DNA from: Octopus vulgaris
Lineage: Eukaryota
Reading direction: 5' to 3'
Assembly: GCA_951406725.2 (NCBI GenBank)
Contig: OX597817.1
Coordinates: 38,998,001-39,062,000, forward strand
Length of the DNA: 64,000 bases
The translations under genes and the position numbers were made by a program. The notes under the pieces are model-generated. The model had not been told where the DNA came from, searched no databases, and saw only the letters and a list, made by a program, of their open reading frames with translations. Positions within the stretch are counted from its first letter, which is position 1; each line of letters starts with the position of its first letter. Shown here piece by piece: positions 13,101 to 26,926 of the stretch.

Positions 13101-16100
13101 CTGAACCCGGAACCATGTGGCTGGTTAGCAAGCTACTTACCACACAGAGTGGCTATATTTATATTGAAGTGATTTTACTACTACTACTATTATTTTTACT
13201 ATTTCTTAAATATAGCCACGAAACACGTGTCGTTATTCTACCAAATATATATGTTTTATTTATTATTTTGCACATTACTTAATCATCGTTCTATAATATG
13301 TAATTTTTCTAAATGGTATAATTTAATTTTTCCTTATTGAATTGATAAAATGTTTTTTTTTCTAATTATATATATATATATATAAATGTACGAGGAGTGC
13401 TGAAAAGTTCTTGGGTTTAAGGGCATCATGAAATGTTGGTGAACCAACATTCCGATTTCTTTTACAGGGCTTAGAGAAAACTGAAGGACCTCTGCAATAA
13501 GTGTGTGAACCTGAGAGGGGAATATGTTGAATAAAATCATAATTATCTGATCCTCCTGTATTTTCTTTTACTCAAAGCCAGAAACTTTTCAGCACCCCCT
13601 CATATACAGATAGATAGATAGATAGGTAGACAGACAGACACAATTTATTTATTTTATTGTCTCTGTAGACTGCACTCAAACCAAACCTCGAAACAACCTC
13701 TGATGTAGACTTACATAATGCAAATGCTGAAGGACAACAGTTTGTTGAAGCAAGGTCACATGTAGTCCTTTCAATAAGCCTGGAACGCCCTCTCATAGCG
13801 AAGAGAACAGCAATAGAATTATCTCATTTGTAAGTATCTGACTGGAAAAAAAATTATATACATTTTTAAGCTCACTTATTCTTTTATTAAGGAAGGAATT
13901 CCAACCATGTTTCGTGGTTCGCTAACTCAATAGCTCCTTTAAAGGATCCAGTCGCTAAAGACACCATCAGGAGGAACCACGTCCAGTTTCAGCCCCTACT
14001 CCTCTATCATTTTCAAAGTGGCAGGGCCCCACCTTTCGGAGGTGTCTTCAGCTCTGGTGTTGAGTGCATTTCTTCTTTCTCCTTTTTTCTTCTGTTCTTT
14101 GGTTTTTTCGATGCAGCATCAGCAAATATCAGCGGGCAAATGACCATCCTGCCAAATTTCCCTTTAAATACTTGCCAGTAGGCTCCAGCAGCCAGCACCA
14201 GCTAACTGTCATGTGACACTGTCTAAGCTTCAACTGATCAATGGAGGAGAAGGGCGCGTAGTTTTAGCCTGTGCCTTCTCTAAACCTGCCTTCCAACAGT
14301 GTTGTATTAGTTTCAGTTCCAGCAACCAGAGCCAACCAGCTGTTTGGTGGTACAAGCCTTTGAACCAGGAGGAGGGTATGGTATGAACGAGATTGCTACC
14401 TTGGCCCTCTTGCCAATCAGTGATGCTGCTTAAGTGTCAGCCAGCCTCACCTAACGACATTATCTCCCAGTCAGCATGTTATGGTTTTCAAGCCATTTTG
14501 GGTCTTCTCGCTTCAGCCATATATAGATGCTGGCTTTGTCGACTGCCTCCTGCATCCTCCTTATTACACTTTTCAGCTCTGAGCATGAAAATGCAAACCT
14601 TCTTTTAAATAACATCACCATTTTCCTTTCAATGAAGCCTCTAGCCCCCACTGCCAGGTGGTAATACTTGACAATCCATCCCTGTTCTTCGCACTCTTTG
14701 ATTAATCTCTCATACCTCTTCTACTTTCGTTTCTCCGCATTAGTGATGTTCTCTTCCCATGGCACTGTCAGCTCTAGCAAAATTCCAATTTTCCGTTCTG
14801 TATTCCATAGGATTAAGTCCAGTTGTTTTGTTGTTTTTATGAGTGGAAATATTAACAGTCTTTCCAAATCCATAGCCAACTCTTAATATCCCTTCCATCT
14901 TTCGTCTGTCTCATATACTTTATTTGAAGTCTTGGCCTTATGTCGTTTTCCCTCCTGGAAGTATATTTTTCCATGTTTTCCACTTTTGCGTACTCTCCCT
15001 TTCTATATCCTTTGATCTCCTTGAGTGCTGCATTTATGACACCAAGGACTTGATTGTGACGCCATGTATATCTGCCTATTGCAGTTTGACAGAACATGTC
15101 TCACTGTCACTTTCTCTCTGCATCTACATTCATCAGTTGTTTGTATGTTCCCCCAGACTAAATTTGCCGGTGAAAGTAAAATGTCAAAGTAGACTTGATT
15201 AGGAAGGATGTTCTTGCTTGCTCCCAAGCCCAAAGTTCCTTCCATGAGATTCTGCAGCTGACCACATATTCCTCCCATCTCAGGTACTGTCCCTGTTGAC
15301 TACATTGCACTAAATGTACATTTCGCCTTTCTTCTTCCTCCTTTCTCACTTCGTATACCACTGCCTCTTTCATCTCTTTTACATTGCTCATGCAAAATGG
15401 CTTGAAATTGTGCAGCCCTAGACTGGCTCTTGCTTCTTGTGTCACTCCAACTATATCGGCATACCTTAGCGTTCTGATCATCCTGTTTACTGCCTCTTCC
15501 ACTTTCCATTTCCTCCCTGTTTGTACCTTTGGAAGGTTTTTTCTGATATTGTTATCTTTTGAATACCTTAGCATCATTACTGTCCTTGCCTTTCCTGTCT
15601 TATATTCTTCAGCAATTGATGTTATCAGTAGTTGCAGCACAAATAAGATGACTGGTATTGTGCATCCAGCTGCAATACCTCCATTGTGAACTTTCCTACT
15701 GTAAATCTTATCCTTAATTTATCATAGTAACACATGAGCATTCATTGAACATCTTCTGGAATCCAAAAGAAGTCCATAGCTGCTTGAATTAGTGCATGTG
15801 GAACAGATTCATATGCATTGGAATGATCTAGCCATACAATGTACAGGTTTTACTTCAGTTGTTTTGCACAGTTGATAGCTTCCAGCCTTTTGGATTGCTT
15901 CATTAACATATCTGTTATGCTGTATGAATCTTATGATTCGCCTGGCAATGATTCCAAACATGATTTTCCCATCAGTATTTAATAGTGAAACAGGTCTGGA
16001 TTACCCTAGTGTTTTTGCCTCCTTCTCTTTAGGTAAATAGATACTGTCAGCTATACACCATTGCTCTGCTACATCTTTCTTCTTCCACATTTCCCTTATC

Positions 16101-19100
16101 AGTGCAAATAGTTGTAAATGCAATTTCAGGCAATACTTATACATCCTGTAGCTAACTCCGTCATTCCCTGGTGAACATTTTGTTCTTGCTTTTCTAATGA
16201 ACTCATCAATTTCTTTCTGTCTGATGTCACTCAAACTGAATGGTACCTTTGGTTCAGGTGGTTTCTTCAGCCAGAGCATTTCTGGGAGTACTTTATTTCT
16301 ATCAGCATTACTGTATGTCCCTTTAAGATGATGTTCGAGCTTTTTGTTAGTGCAATCCAATCTTCCTCTCTTACTTTCAGTAAACAAACATTTAGCATAT
16401 TGATATGGGTTGTTAATAATGAACTTTGTTTCGTTTTTAATAACTAACATGCAGCTTACATTAAATTTTGTCTTGCTTAAAGTAACTTCCGCTTTAACCA
16501 GTAGTTCTTAAATGGTGCACTGCAAGGGGTATTTAGATGTGCTACTGATTTATAAAAAGGCAATTGGAAAATTGCATTTTCCAAGAGATGCTCTCTCCAA
16601 CTTTTTTTTTTTAACACATGAGTAACATAGAAAGCATGTATTTATATTTGTAATTCTCATACAGTGAAGCTTTATGATGTTCAAATTCATTTCAGTTATT
16701 TTATATTATGCTGTGTTGTACATAAAATAAAGTAAAAACTGTTTTTTTATGTATATTTTTCTAAATTATTAGATTTAAAATATTTTTATCTAATGTACAT
16801 GAAATGTATCTTTTTTTTTTTTTTTGTTATTTGCTCTCCTATGTACAGCAAAGTCATAAATATTGAGAACCACTGTGCTAATCATTTATATAAAGTTATC
16901 AGAACTGAAATTGAGAAGGATTTAACTGTTTATCTTGCAAACCAAGCAACAATATATACAGTAATGGATAACTGGATTAAATAAATAGTCAATTTATTGA
17001 TAACTGGATTAAATAAATAGTCAATTTTTTGTATTTATGTTCCTCAAAGCTGCACACCTATGGCTGCAGGGGATTCAAACAAATAGGTTTGTTATGGCGT
17101 ATTTGATTGTGTAACAACCATTGTTTTGTTGAGAGTATAAGCAATATAAGTGAAGGCAAATGGCTTAAACGAGGAATTAAAGCTGGGACTTTATAAAGAC
17201 AATGACAACCAGTGGATTGTGGTGACAGTGTGAAAGTTATTATTTGGTGGAAGTTGAGCTTAGCATTTTAGAATATCTTAAATAATTTATTTAAATTTTA
17301 TATTTTCTTGTTTCAGGGTGGAAGCTTATATTCCACCTCGACCTATGTTTCCCAAAAGACTAGGTGGCACTGCGAGGGTAAGTTTCACTTTCACTTGATA
17401 TCTGAACTATATTACTTGCCATTTTCATTATTATATGTCCTGTCCCTGAAGTGTATCCTATATTGAAGGAATAAGCAACTAGTATGCTAAATCTGATTGA
17501 TGATTTTTACTTTACTTTTATTCCTATCTTTTTTTTTTTTGGTTTGGTCTGGAGGAAAGGACTGTACCTATTACCTTTGCAGGCCTTCAAGACTGATGAA
17601 ACAGAACAGTTAACAATCCCCTTGAACAATCGAAAGATGATAGTTTCAGAAAAAATATGGGTGGGGAGAGAATTCCTGAGAGCCAACATTCTGGTGGGCA
17701 AAACTTGGCATAGTAGTTAGTATGAGGTTTGAGGGAGAGGGACACAGTATTGATGATGAGAGGGGAAGAGACAAATGATCCCAGAGTGCCCAAGTGAAGG
17801 TAGCATATGAGGGTTAACCGAGGTTTGTTTTTCAACATAGTTCCCATTGTGGTTCACATACTTTTTCCATTAGTGTTGCAATGCTTGGATCCCATTGGTG
17901 AGGAAGATTTTATCCTGTTGGTCAAAAATGATGTTATCATCACTGCAATACTGGTTCCCAACCAAGTGTTTTTTTCATATTGGGAAACAGATGATAGCCA
18001 GATGGGATCAAATCAGGAAAATGGGGACAGTAATCAACCAGTTCAAAGCCACAGTCACACATAGCAGCCTTTGAAACCAAGGACTTAGTTTTCCTGGGTG
18101 TTTGGTCCTTGATAGCTTTTTGTAACTATCTCAACAAGATAACATAGTACTCTCCAATGATGGTAGGGCCTTTTTGAAGATAGTCAATAAACACAATGTG
18201 TTTTAAACTGAGGCTATCACCTTCTTGCAGATGAAACGATCTTGGCCTTCTTTGAAGCAGGTGCAGAGGGTGTTTCCACTGCATGGATTGTCTCTTTGTT
18301 TCTGGCTCAAAGTGATGAAGCCAACAATCGCCCTGGGTTAGGAAATGTTCAAGGAAACCAGCTAACTCTGTCTCAAACAATGTCAAATTTTCTTGTGATG
18401 TGATCAACCTGGTGCATGTATGATCAAATGTCAGAAAACATGGGCACCCACTGAGTAGAACAAACCTTTGTCATGCCAAGTTCATCGTGCAGAGTATTCT
18501 CAACTCTCTCATGGAATATGCTTATTGCATTAGTTATTTGATTTATAGTCAATCACTTGTCATCCATCACCATGTAGTGAACACAGTGAATGTTTTCCTT
18601 GGTGGTGGCAGTTGCAGGACATCCAGACCTTGGATCATCTTCATGACTCTCCCTTCCCCTCATAAGTTCAGCTACCCACTTTTGCACTATTGATAAAGCT
18701 GGAATTGTCAACATGAATGTCAACATGAATGAATCAGGTACTTGATAACATTACAATGCCAAATTTTGTTGATTTTCAAGCGAAGTCACTACTAGTTTCT
18801 TTTGAAGTCTTCTTTGGACAGTCAGATGTCAGTTTACCAGGAAAGAAATAATGCAGTTATTAATGAAATGAGTTGAAATTAAAATGCATGCAAAATTTCA
18901 CAGCTCTAACATCACTCTTTCATAGTCAGCCCACCCTTGTAAGACAAGCCAGCTCCATGTAGAATAAGCCACTATATTAATACTAGAAGGGTGGAGAGAG
19001 GAGAGCACATCTGTGGACCAAAGACTGGAAACTGTAGGCAAGCAGTTTTATGTTGGTCAATAAGGGAGGTCTTTCTTTAGCTGTGGCTAAGGATATCTAC

Positions 19101-20085
19101 ACCATCAAAACAAACACTTAGTAGACACATCTTTTGCTGTTGGTGTCAATGATATAGTTTTTTTAAAAATTTTAAATGGGAGTTATTTCTGGTACATGAC
19201 TATGGTTTATTTGCTGCCACATTCCCTTCCTGTGGTGTTTTTTTTCCTTCACAGTAATCTTACATTATGTACCTTTATATTAACTTTCTATTAGAGATTG
19301 TTGTACTGTAAAAAATCTTTGTTGTACTATAAGAATTATTGACATTGTTTTTATTGAAGAACTTCTAATAAGTCTCTTGATCAACATTATTAATAAAGTA
19401 ACCTTCTAAAATTTTACATTTAAAAATATAAGAGAGAATAAAATTAATATCGGTAGAATGTATTTTTACTTATAATATTTCTTAATGGATTTATTCTAGG
19501 CTGTATCTGACTTCCATAAACAAATTGAATGTGTGACTGAACAAGTCCTTGATGAATTTAGGTGAGCAAAGAAGACAGCAAAAGAAGTAAATTGTATTCC
19601 GATGAGTTGTACAAAACAGTGTTTTGCAAATGTCTGATTCATTGGTCACAGCTTATCTTATGAGCTTATCGAAACAACCGTGTTGTTTGTTATTGTTACT
19701 GTTGTTTGGTACAAGTCAAAACTAGTTGAACAGGTCTATGACCAAAGGCACTCCAGGTGCAACCATATAATTTTTTTCTAATACCTGATTGCAGATCAAG
19801 TATTTTGTATTCATGTTGGGTCACCCTCACTTTTGAGAAGCTGAGAAAAGGTTAAAAACTACCACATTTGATAGCATATAATCTTCTATCTTTACTTGCT
19901 TCATTAATTAGACTGCAGCCATGATGGGGCACCATCTTGGAGTGATTTAGTTGAATGAATTGTCCACAGTACTTTGTTTCTTAAAGGCCAGCTACTTATT
20001 CTATCGTTTGCAGGGCCACTAATTTACAGGGACATAAATGCACCAACACCAGTTGTCAAGTGGTGGTGGGAGACAGACACACATG

Positions 20086-20174
<89 letters not shown>

Positions 20175-23100
20175 ACAGACAGTGAGCTTCTTTCAGTTTC
20201 TACCAAATTCACTCACAAGGCTTTAGTTGGCCCAAGGCTACAGTAGAAGATACTTGCCCAAGGTGCCACACAGAAGGACCGAACCCAGAACCATTTCGTT
20301 GGATAGAAAACTTCTTACTACACAGCCATGCTTGTACCTATATAAGATGCGCTTTTGTTTTTCAAAAAAAAAAAAAAATCCCCCAAAATTTACCCCTAAA
20401 TGTAAAGTTGGACCTGTGCTATATGCTTTAATGCATTGAAAACTATTTTCTGGAATAAGCACTGCTGAAACTGGAGTGCATCTAATATGCCTCTGCATCT
20501 TTTATCTCAGTTAGCCATATTTAAAATAGGCTGCAATTTCATTTCAGTTTGTAAAAAATTTTAAATTACAAATGATAAAAACATACTATTTGACTATAGA
20601 AAAAAATGTTATCTTTGATTTATTTTCCCTAAATTCATCATTATTCTCATTATTCTATTTATTTTATTATTCTTCACTTCAAGGCAGCAATTTAAAGGTG
20701 AAATTGATACAAACAGAAGACCAAATGAAGATGAAATGGAAGACAGGTAAGAAAGAGGAAAGTGTGTGCGCTCCTCCCTCTCTCTCTCCAGGTAACCATG
20801 TACCTCTGCTATAGCAAGTCACCTATTTCTGCCTCTCAGTCTCTCTGTCAGACTCTAACCTTTCATCATCTGACACAAGATCATCTCCTCCAATCTCCCA
20901 CTCCCCTCATAATTCCTTGTCTTGCAAGTTACTTGGTGATCCTGCTGGTGCTGGTGCCATGTAAAAAGCATCCAGTCCACACAAGGAAGTGGTTGGCACT
21001 TGGAAGGGCATCTATCTGTAAAAACTAAGCCAAAACTGACCTTGCCTGTGCTAGTACCATGTAAAAAACACTGAGTCTACTCTGTGGCACTGGTGGCACC
21101 AGTCAGTTTCTTCAAAGAGCCAGGGATGGAATGAACAACCTTCTGAAGGATATCGTCTGGGATATCATTGAAAACCTCCTGAATCCATATCTCCAAGTCC
21201 TCCAGTGTGCGAGGTTTTGTCTTGTACACCTCTTTGGTGTAACCCCACAGGTAAAAATCACATGAAGTGAGATCTGGACTTCTTGGTGTTCTGGACTTCT
21301 GTGGTCACAGTCTTCAGGTTTTAACTCCTGCGTGTAATGGGGTTTCCATGGACGAAAATTCAATTTTTTAGGCAACACTGTACATATTGTGTGTCCTGTT
21401 AGTCCACTTTCATGAGTTGCTTGATGTGTTGATTTTTGCAGGCTGCGATTAAACATTTCCTGCACTGTTGCCACATTCTCCGCTGATTGGGATGTGGTTG
21501 GACAGCCACTTCCTGCATTGTTCACAGAGCCTTTGGTCATCAACTTTGCATGACAACTTCTTGTTGTCTCCAGATGTAATGTTGTATGCTTACCTTTCCA
21601 TGCACACTACCATCTCTGAATCAAAACAATGGAATTTCACACTTCATAGCGTGCTGCTATCTTAGCTCACTCCTGAACAGTTGAGCAACTGCCCATCTGG
21701 AAAATAAGAAATAGGACAAGTAGAAAGTAAATAATCCCCATTAGTGTTGTCTGGTTAAAAAATGTTTTCATCATGACTTCAGTGATACTAAAAATTCTAT
21801 AAGCAATTTCTAATGCCTAGTTACTTTCCACTCACCCTGTATATATGAAAGACTTGAATAATTGTTGAGGTATTCCTTAACATGAAACCAAAAGTAGCCT
21901 TAATACACAAATAAACAATCTTTATCTATCAATGTGGTGTTGAACACTCATTCTCATTGTTCAATATTTATGTGTATATATACAATATATATCTTTTATC
22001 TTTTACTTGTTTCTGTCATTAGACTGTGGCCATGCTGGGGCACTGCCTTGAAGGACTTTTAGTTGAATGAATCAACCCCATACTTTATCTTTTTAAAGCC
22101 TAGTACTTATTCTATCGATTTCTTTTGCCAAACTGCTAAGTTACAGGGACATAAACACACCAACACCACTTGTCAAACAATGGTGGGAGACAACACAGAC
22201 ACAAACACACACTTAGATATATACCTATATATATAACGGGCTTCTTTCAGTTTCTGTCTACCAAATCTATTCACAAGGCTTTGGTTGGCTCAAGACTAGA
22301 GATGAAGATACTTGAGCAAAATGACACGCAGTGGGACTGAATCTTGGACCGTGTGGTCTGGAAGCAAGTTTCTTACCACAGAACCATGCCTGTGGATACT
22401 CTCTTTCTCTCTCTCTCTCTCTCTCTCATGCACACACACACACATTTATGCTCTGATAGCAGATATATTACATTTTCTCTTCATCACAATAGTCTTTTAG
22501 TATACTTGTCATATTGATAATTAAGTAAAGTGTTGGTTTTATTGTGACACTCACACAGCCACGTGAAGCTTTGCTCATTCACTGCTTTTCATTGGTTTAT
22601 TAGACCAATGCCTCTCAGCCAGGTACTGACTACATAAACAGAAGTCAAAGCTGTTCTTTCTTTCTTTCTCTTCCAAAAGAACTCAACCACTGGAAACAGC
22701 CTTTCTCTTGTCTTTCAGCTGCTCTGAATATTAGAAACACATTTCAGTTACATAAAACACCAAAATATTGCATCACTTTCTGCCAGGTTTTCTATGTTGA
22801 TTACATTTATTTTTACCTCAGCAACATTATATATTCATGATACAAGTGAAAATTGTTGTTACTCACTTTCTGTGTGAATCTCTACAGCATTTAAACGTGT
22901 AATTACTAACTTTGAGAACTAAAAATATGCTGTCTTATCATATAGCTTTATCATACTGCTGGAGCAAGTTGAAATTAACACTTCTGATGATCACTAAAAA
23001 TAACGAGACTGTTATATATAATTTATTTTTGTTTCTTTCACATCCATATTTTCTTTGACTTCCTTGCTTATAAATTTGTATTTCACCACCAGCAACTCAT

Positions 23101-25041
23101 TAAATTTTGTTAAATTCAAATTACGATGAACGTAAACAAACTAACGAAGTTTGCTTTATAAGTGTTGAGATGTCTTAGAAAGTTAAAGAAGTGATTTTAA
23201 ATTCTCAAATGCAGGATAATGCTAATAATATAGCCTAAAAAGGATAAGCTACCCTTATTTTGCAGAAAAAAAGTGTTGGCAGCTGGCTATGAGACCTGAA
23301 CTCACACCTCCGTGATTATGCGTCGCAGTGCTCTGAACCAATTAAGCTAAACCGCCTGCACCACAAATTCTTCCGAAAATTTAAGATATATAGAAATCTC
23401 GTTTTATGAGACATTATCCTATGTTAAATTCAAATTACAATGAACTTAAACAAACAAACGAAGTTTGCTTTATAAGCATTGAGATGTCTTAGAAAGTTAA
23501 AGAAGTGATTTTAAATTCTCAAACGCAAGATAATGCTAATAATATAGCCTGAACAGGAGAATTTAAAATCACTTCTTTAACTTTCATTAAATTATATATT
23601 GCATGTTAAAATATATTATTGGGTTAGCTAAAAAGTTTGTTTGCTTTTTTCCTTTGTGCATATATATTCATTAGATATCTGACACAATGCACTTGTTTCT
23701 TTTGTGCATGCATACTTATTAGATATCTGAGACACATGTAGTTTGACTCAAACATGCAACAAGACAGTTTGTATTTTATGTGCTTGAGATCACCTTGAAA
23801 ATGGAGGACCAAAACGAACATTATCAACACATTGCACTATTTCATCTTAAAAAAGACAAAACAACAGTGAAAACTTGCAGGAAGATATGTGTTGTGTATG
23901 GAGAGGATACTGTCACAGAACATGGGTGTCAGAAGAGGTTTTCAAGATTTCAATTGGGAAATTTTTCTGTTCAAGATGCAGCTTGCTCCAGTTGACCGAG
24001 ATTAACATTGACAAAGTGAAGGTGTTAGTTGAGACCAGCCTCTGTTATATGACCAGGATGGTCGCAAATATTCTCCAAACATCCAAATCAAGTGTTGAAA
24101 ACCATCTGCATCAACTTGGTTATGTCAGCAGGCTCAGTGTTTGGATGTCACATCAACTGAATGGGAGAACATGGCCCAACAAATGTCCATCTGCAAATCG
24201 TTGAAGATGTGTGAAACAAGCAATCCACTTTTTTGAAGAGAATAGTAACAGGGATTGAAAAATGGATAGTCAATATCAATGTGAAGTACAAATGATCACA
24301 GTGAAGTGCAACAAACCAACACAAACAACCTCCAAAGCAGGACTTTACCCAAAGAAGGTTATTCTTTCAATTTAGTGGGATTGGAAGGGCATTGTCTCTT
24401 ACAAGCTTCTTCCCATGAACAGGACCGTCAATTTGGATGTGTACTGATGACGATGACAACAACCATGACCAGCTGGACAATTAAATGAAGCAATCCACCA
24501 GAAGCAAGCTGAACTTGCTAAATGTAATGGCATTGTCTTTCATCATGGCAATTCCAAGTTTTCCATGGAAACATAGTAAACATTACATGAAAAACTGTCA
24601 TCAACAGAAAAGCCAAACATTTCCATAGAAACAGCTGCTGATCAAGATACTAACCACACAATATGCCAAAGTGGAATATATCTTCCTTTACTATCATTTA
24701 GTGGCTAGACCAGCTAAATTAATATGAGTTAAATATTTTTGCCTGAAGAACCTATTTAAAAACAGTTTTATTATTAGCTTTGTCTTGATAATAAAGTCTT
24801 TTTTTTTTTATGTGGATCCACTTTTGCCATATTTCTGGCAGGAATTCTGATAATTCTTTCCAGGTTTTCCTCTAACTGCCTTTTTGAACAAAAGAGGATA
24901 AAAATAACTTACTTCTTTTTTTTTTTCTTTTCATAGAAAAAATAGAAAAATATTTCTTTTTTGTGCTTGGTTTCAAATATTCTTGGGAGGGTCATTTTGC
25001 CAATAGGAAACACTTGCACTGGTTTTATTTGATTTCTTTTA

Positions 25042-25097
<56 letters not shown>

Positions 25098-26878
25098 AAA
25101 CTAGTTAACCATTTAACAATTAACTAGTAAATTGCTCAGTTAATTGTTTGGTCAATCAATCACTCAGCCTGGGTCATTTGAAACCTTTCATTGTGACTTG
25201 CAACAACATGCCCTCACTACACTGGGTCTGTCTCAAGTTGCAAGTCATGATGAAAGAATTGATTGACCCAACAATTAATCTAGCAACTGATTTGTTAATT
25301 GATTAAATTGTTTACTAGTTGATTAATAATAGAAGTGAAATAGAACCAGTGCTTGTGTTACTTATTGGTACAATGACTCTCCCAAGATAGAACAACAATA
25401 GAACATATCATTGCAAGTTAGAGTTATTAACAGTCTTGGCTAAATCCTACAAACCATAGTAACAATATACAAGCATAAAAAAAGCTAGTAATATTACATA
25501 TTTTACTGAAGCACATACTTTCTTTTACTCTTTTACTTGTTTCAGTCATTTGACTGCAGCCATGCTGGAGCACCGCCTTTAATCGAGCAACTCGACCCCG
25601 GGACTTATCCTTCTGTAAGCCCAGTACTTATTCTATCGGTCTCTTTTGCCGAACCGCAAAGTAACGGGGACATAAACACACCAGCATCGGTTGTCAAGCA
25701 ATGCTAGGTGGACAAACACAGACACACAAACACACACATGCACATATATATATATACACATATATACGACGGGCTTCTTTCAGTTTCCGTCTACCAAATC
25801 CACTCACAAGGCTTTGGTCCGCCCGAGGCTATAGTAGAAGACACTTACCCAAGGTGCCACGCAGTGGGACTGAACCCGGAACCATGTGGTTAGTAAACAA
25901 GCTATTTACCACACAGCCACTCCTGCACATCTGGTGTATATTTTAATATTTTATATATAAAGTTGTTAACAGTGATTTACAGTACCTGGCCTTCTTAAGT
26001 TCATCATTTTAGAGGATATAGAAATGAAGTTGTTAACATGAAGTTACAATTTAAAATTTGAAACTAAAGTAACTTACGTTTTGTCATACAGCTGTTGCGC
26101 ATCCCATTTAAGTAAATATTTAGCTAAAGTTTAAATTAAGCACTTTTACTTTTTTGTAGTTATCGAGTTTTATCCAGTCTAAATCATACATTTTTATTGA
26201 TTCTAGGAAACAGAAATTGTTATTTCACTTGAACACTTCTGGTAAATACTTCACCTATAAAGAGCGTCTGAAACATGCTGTTGTTAAAATTGTCCGGGAG
26301 AAGTATCTCAAGACAAGTGATTTTGATGATAAAGAGAAATTACAGGTACAATAGCACAGAATTATTTTAACTTTTTATTATTTTTTTTTTTTACATTATG
26401 CTTAGAGTATTGATTTAATTGACAGAAATCAATAGAGTTCCTTTCTAACGACTGAGCGATTGACAATGTTCTTCCATTGTTCCTGTAATTTTCTAAGATG
26501 CTAAACTCTTTCCAGACCAGTTCTCTTTGCCGTAAATAAATAGTATGTTGGGGTACATTCACTATTGTTATTATGAAGTATCATCATCATTGCCTGTCGT
26601 CGTCATCGTCGCTGCCAGCATCACTGTCACCACCACCACTTTCCATATTCACTTGGGTCAAATAGAATTTGTTGAGGCAGATCTTCTACAGCCAGATATC
26701 CTTTTTTTTGCCAACCCTCACCTGTTTCTGAGCAAGGTAATATTTTCCCATGGTCCATGTTTTTCATGGAAAACTAGAAATGAACGACATTGTTTGGATG
26801 ACAAGGATGCTCACTTAAAAACATCATATGATGTCTAGAATATACACACACATACACGCATGCATGCACACAAACACA

Positions 26879-26926
<48 letters not shown>

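Noticed and set aside
16967-17026. Short tandem duplication (~32-bp period)
   Set aside because: Simple slippage duplication with no sign of function
23277-23359. Functional tRNA-Met gene
   Set aside because: Mismatched anticodon stem, irregular ~10-bp acceptor stem and embedding in a repeat cassette; kept only as tRNA-like
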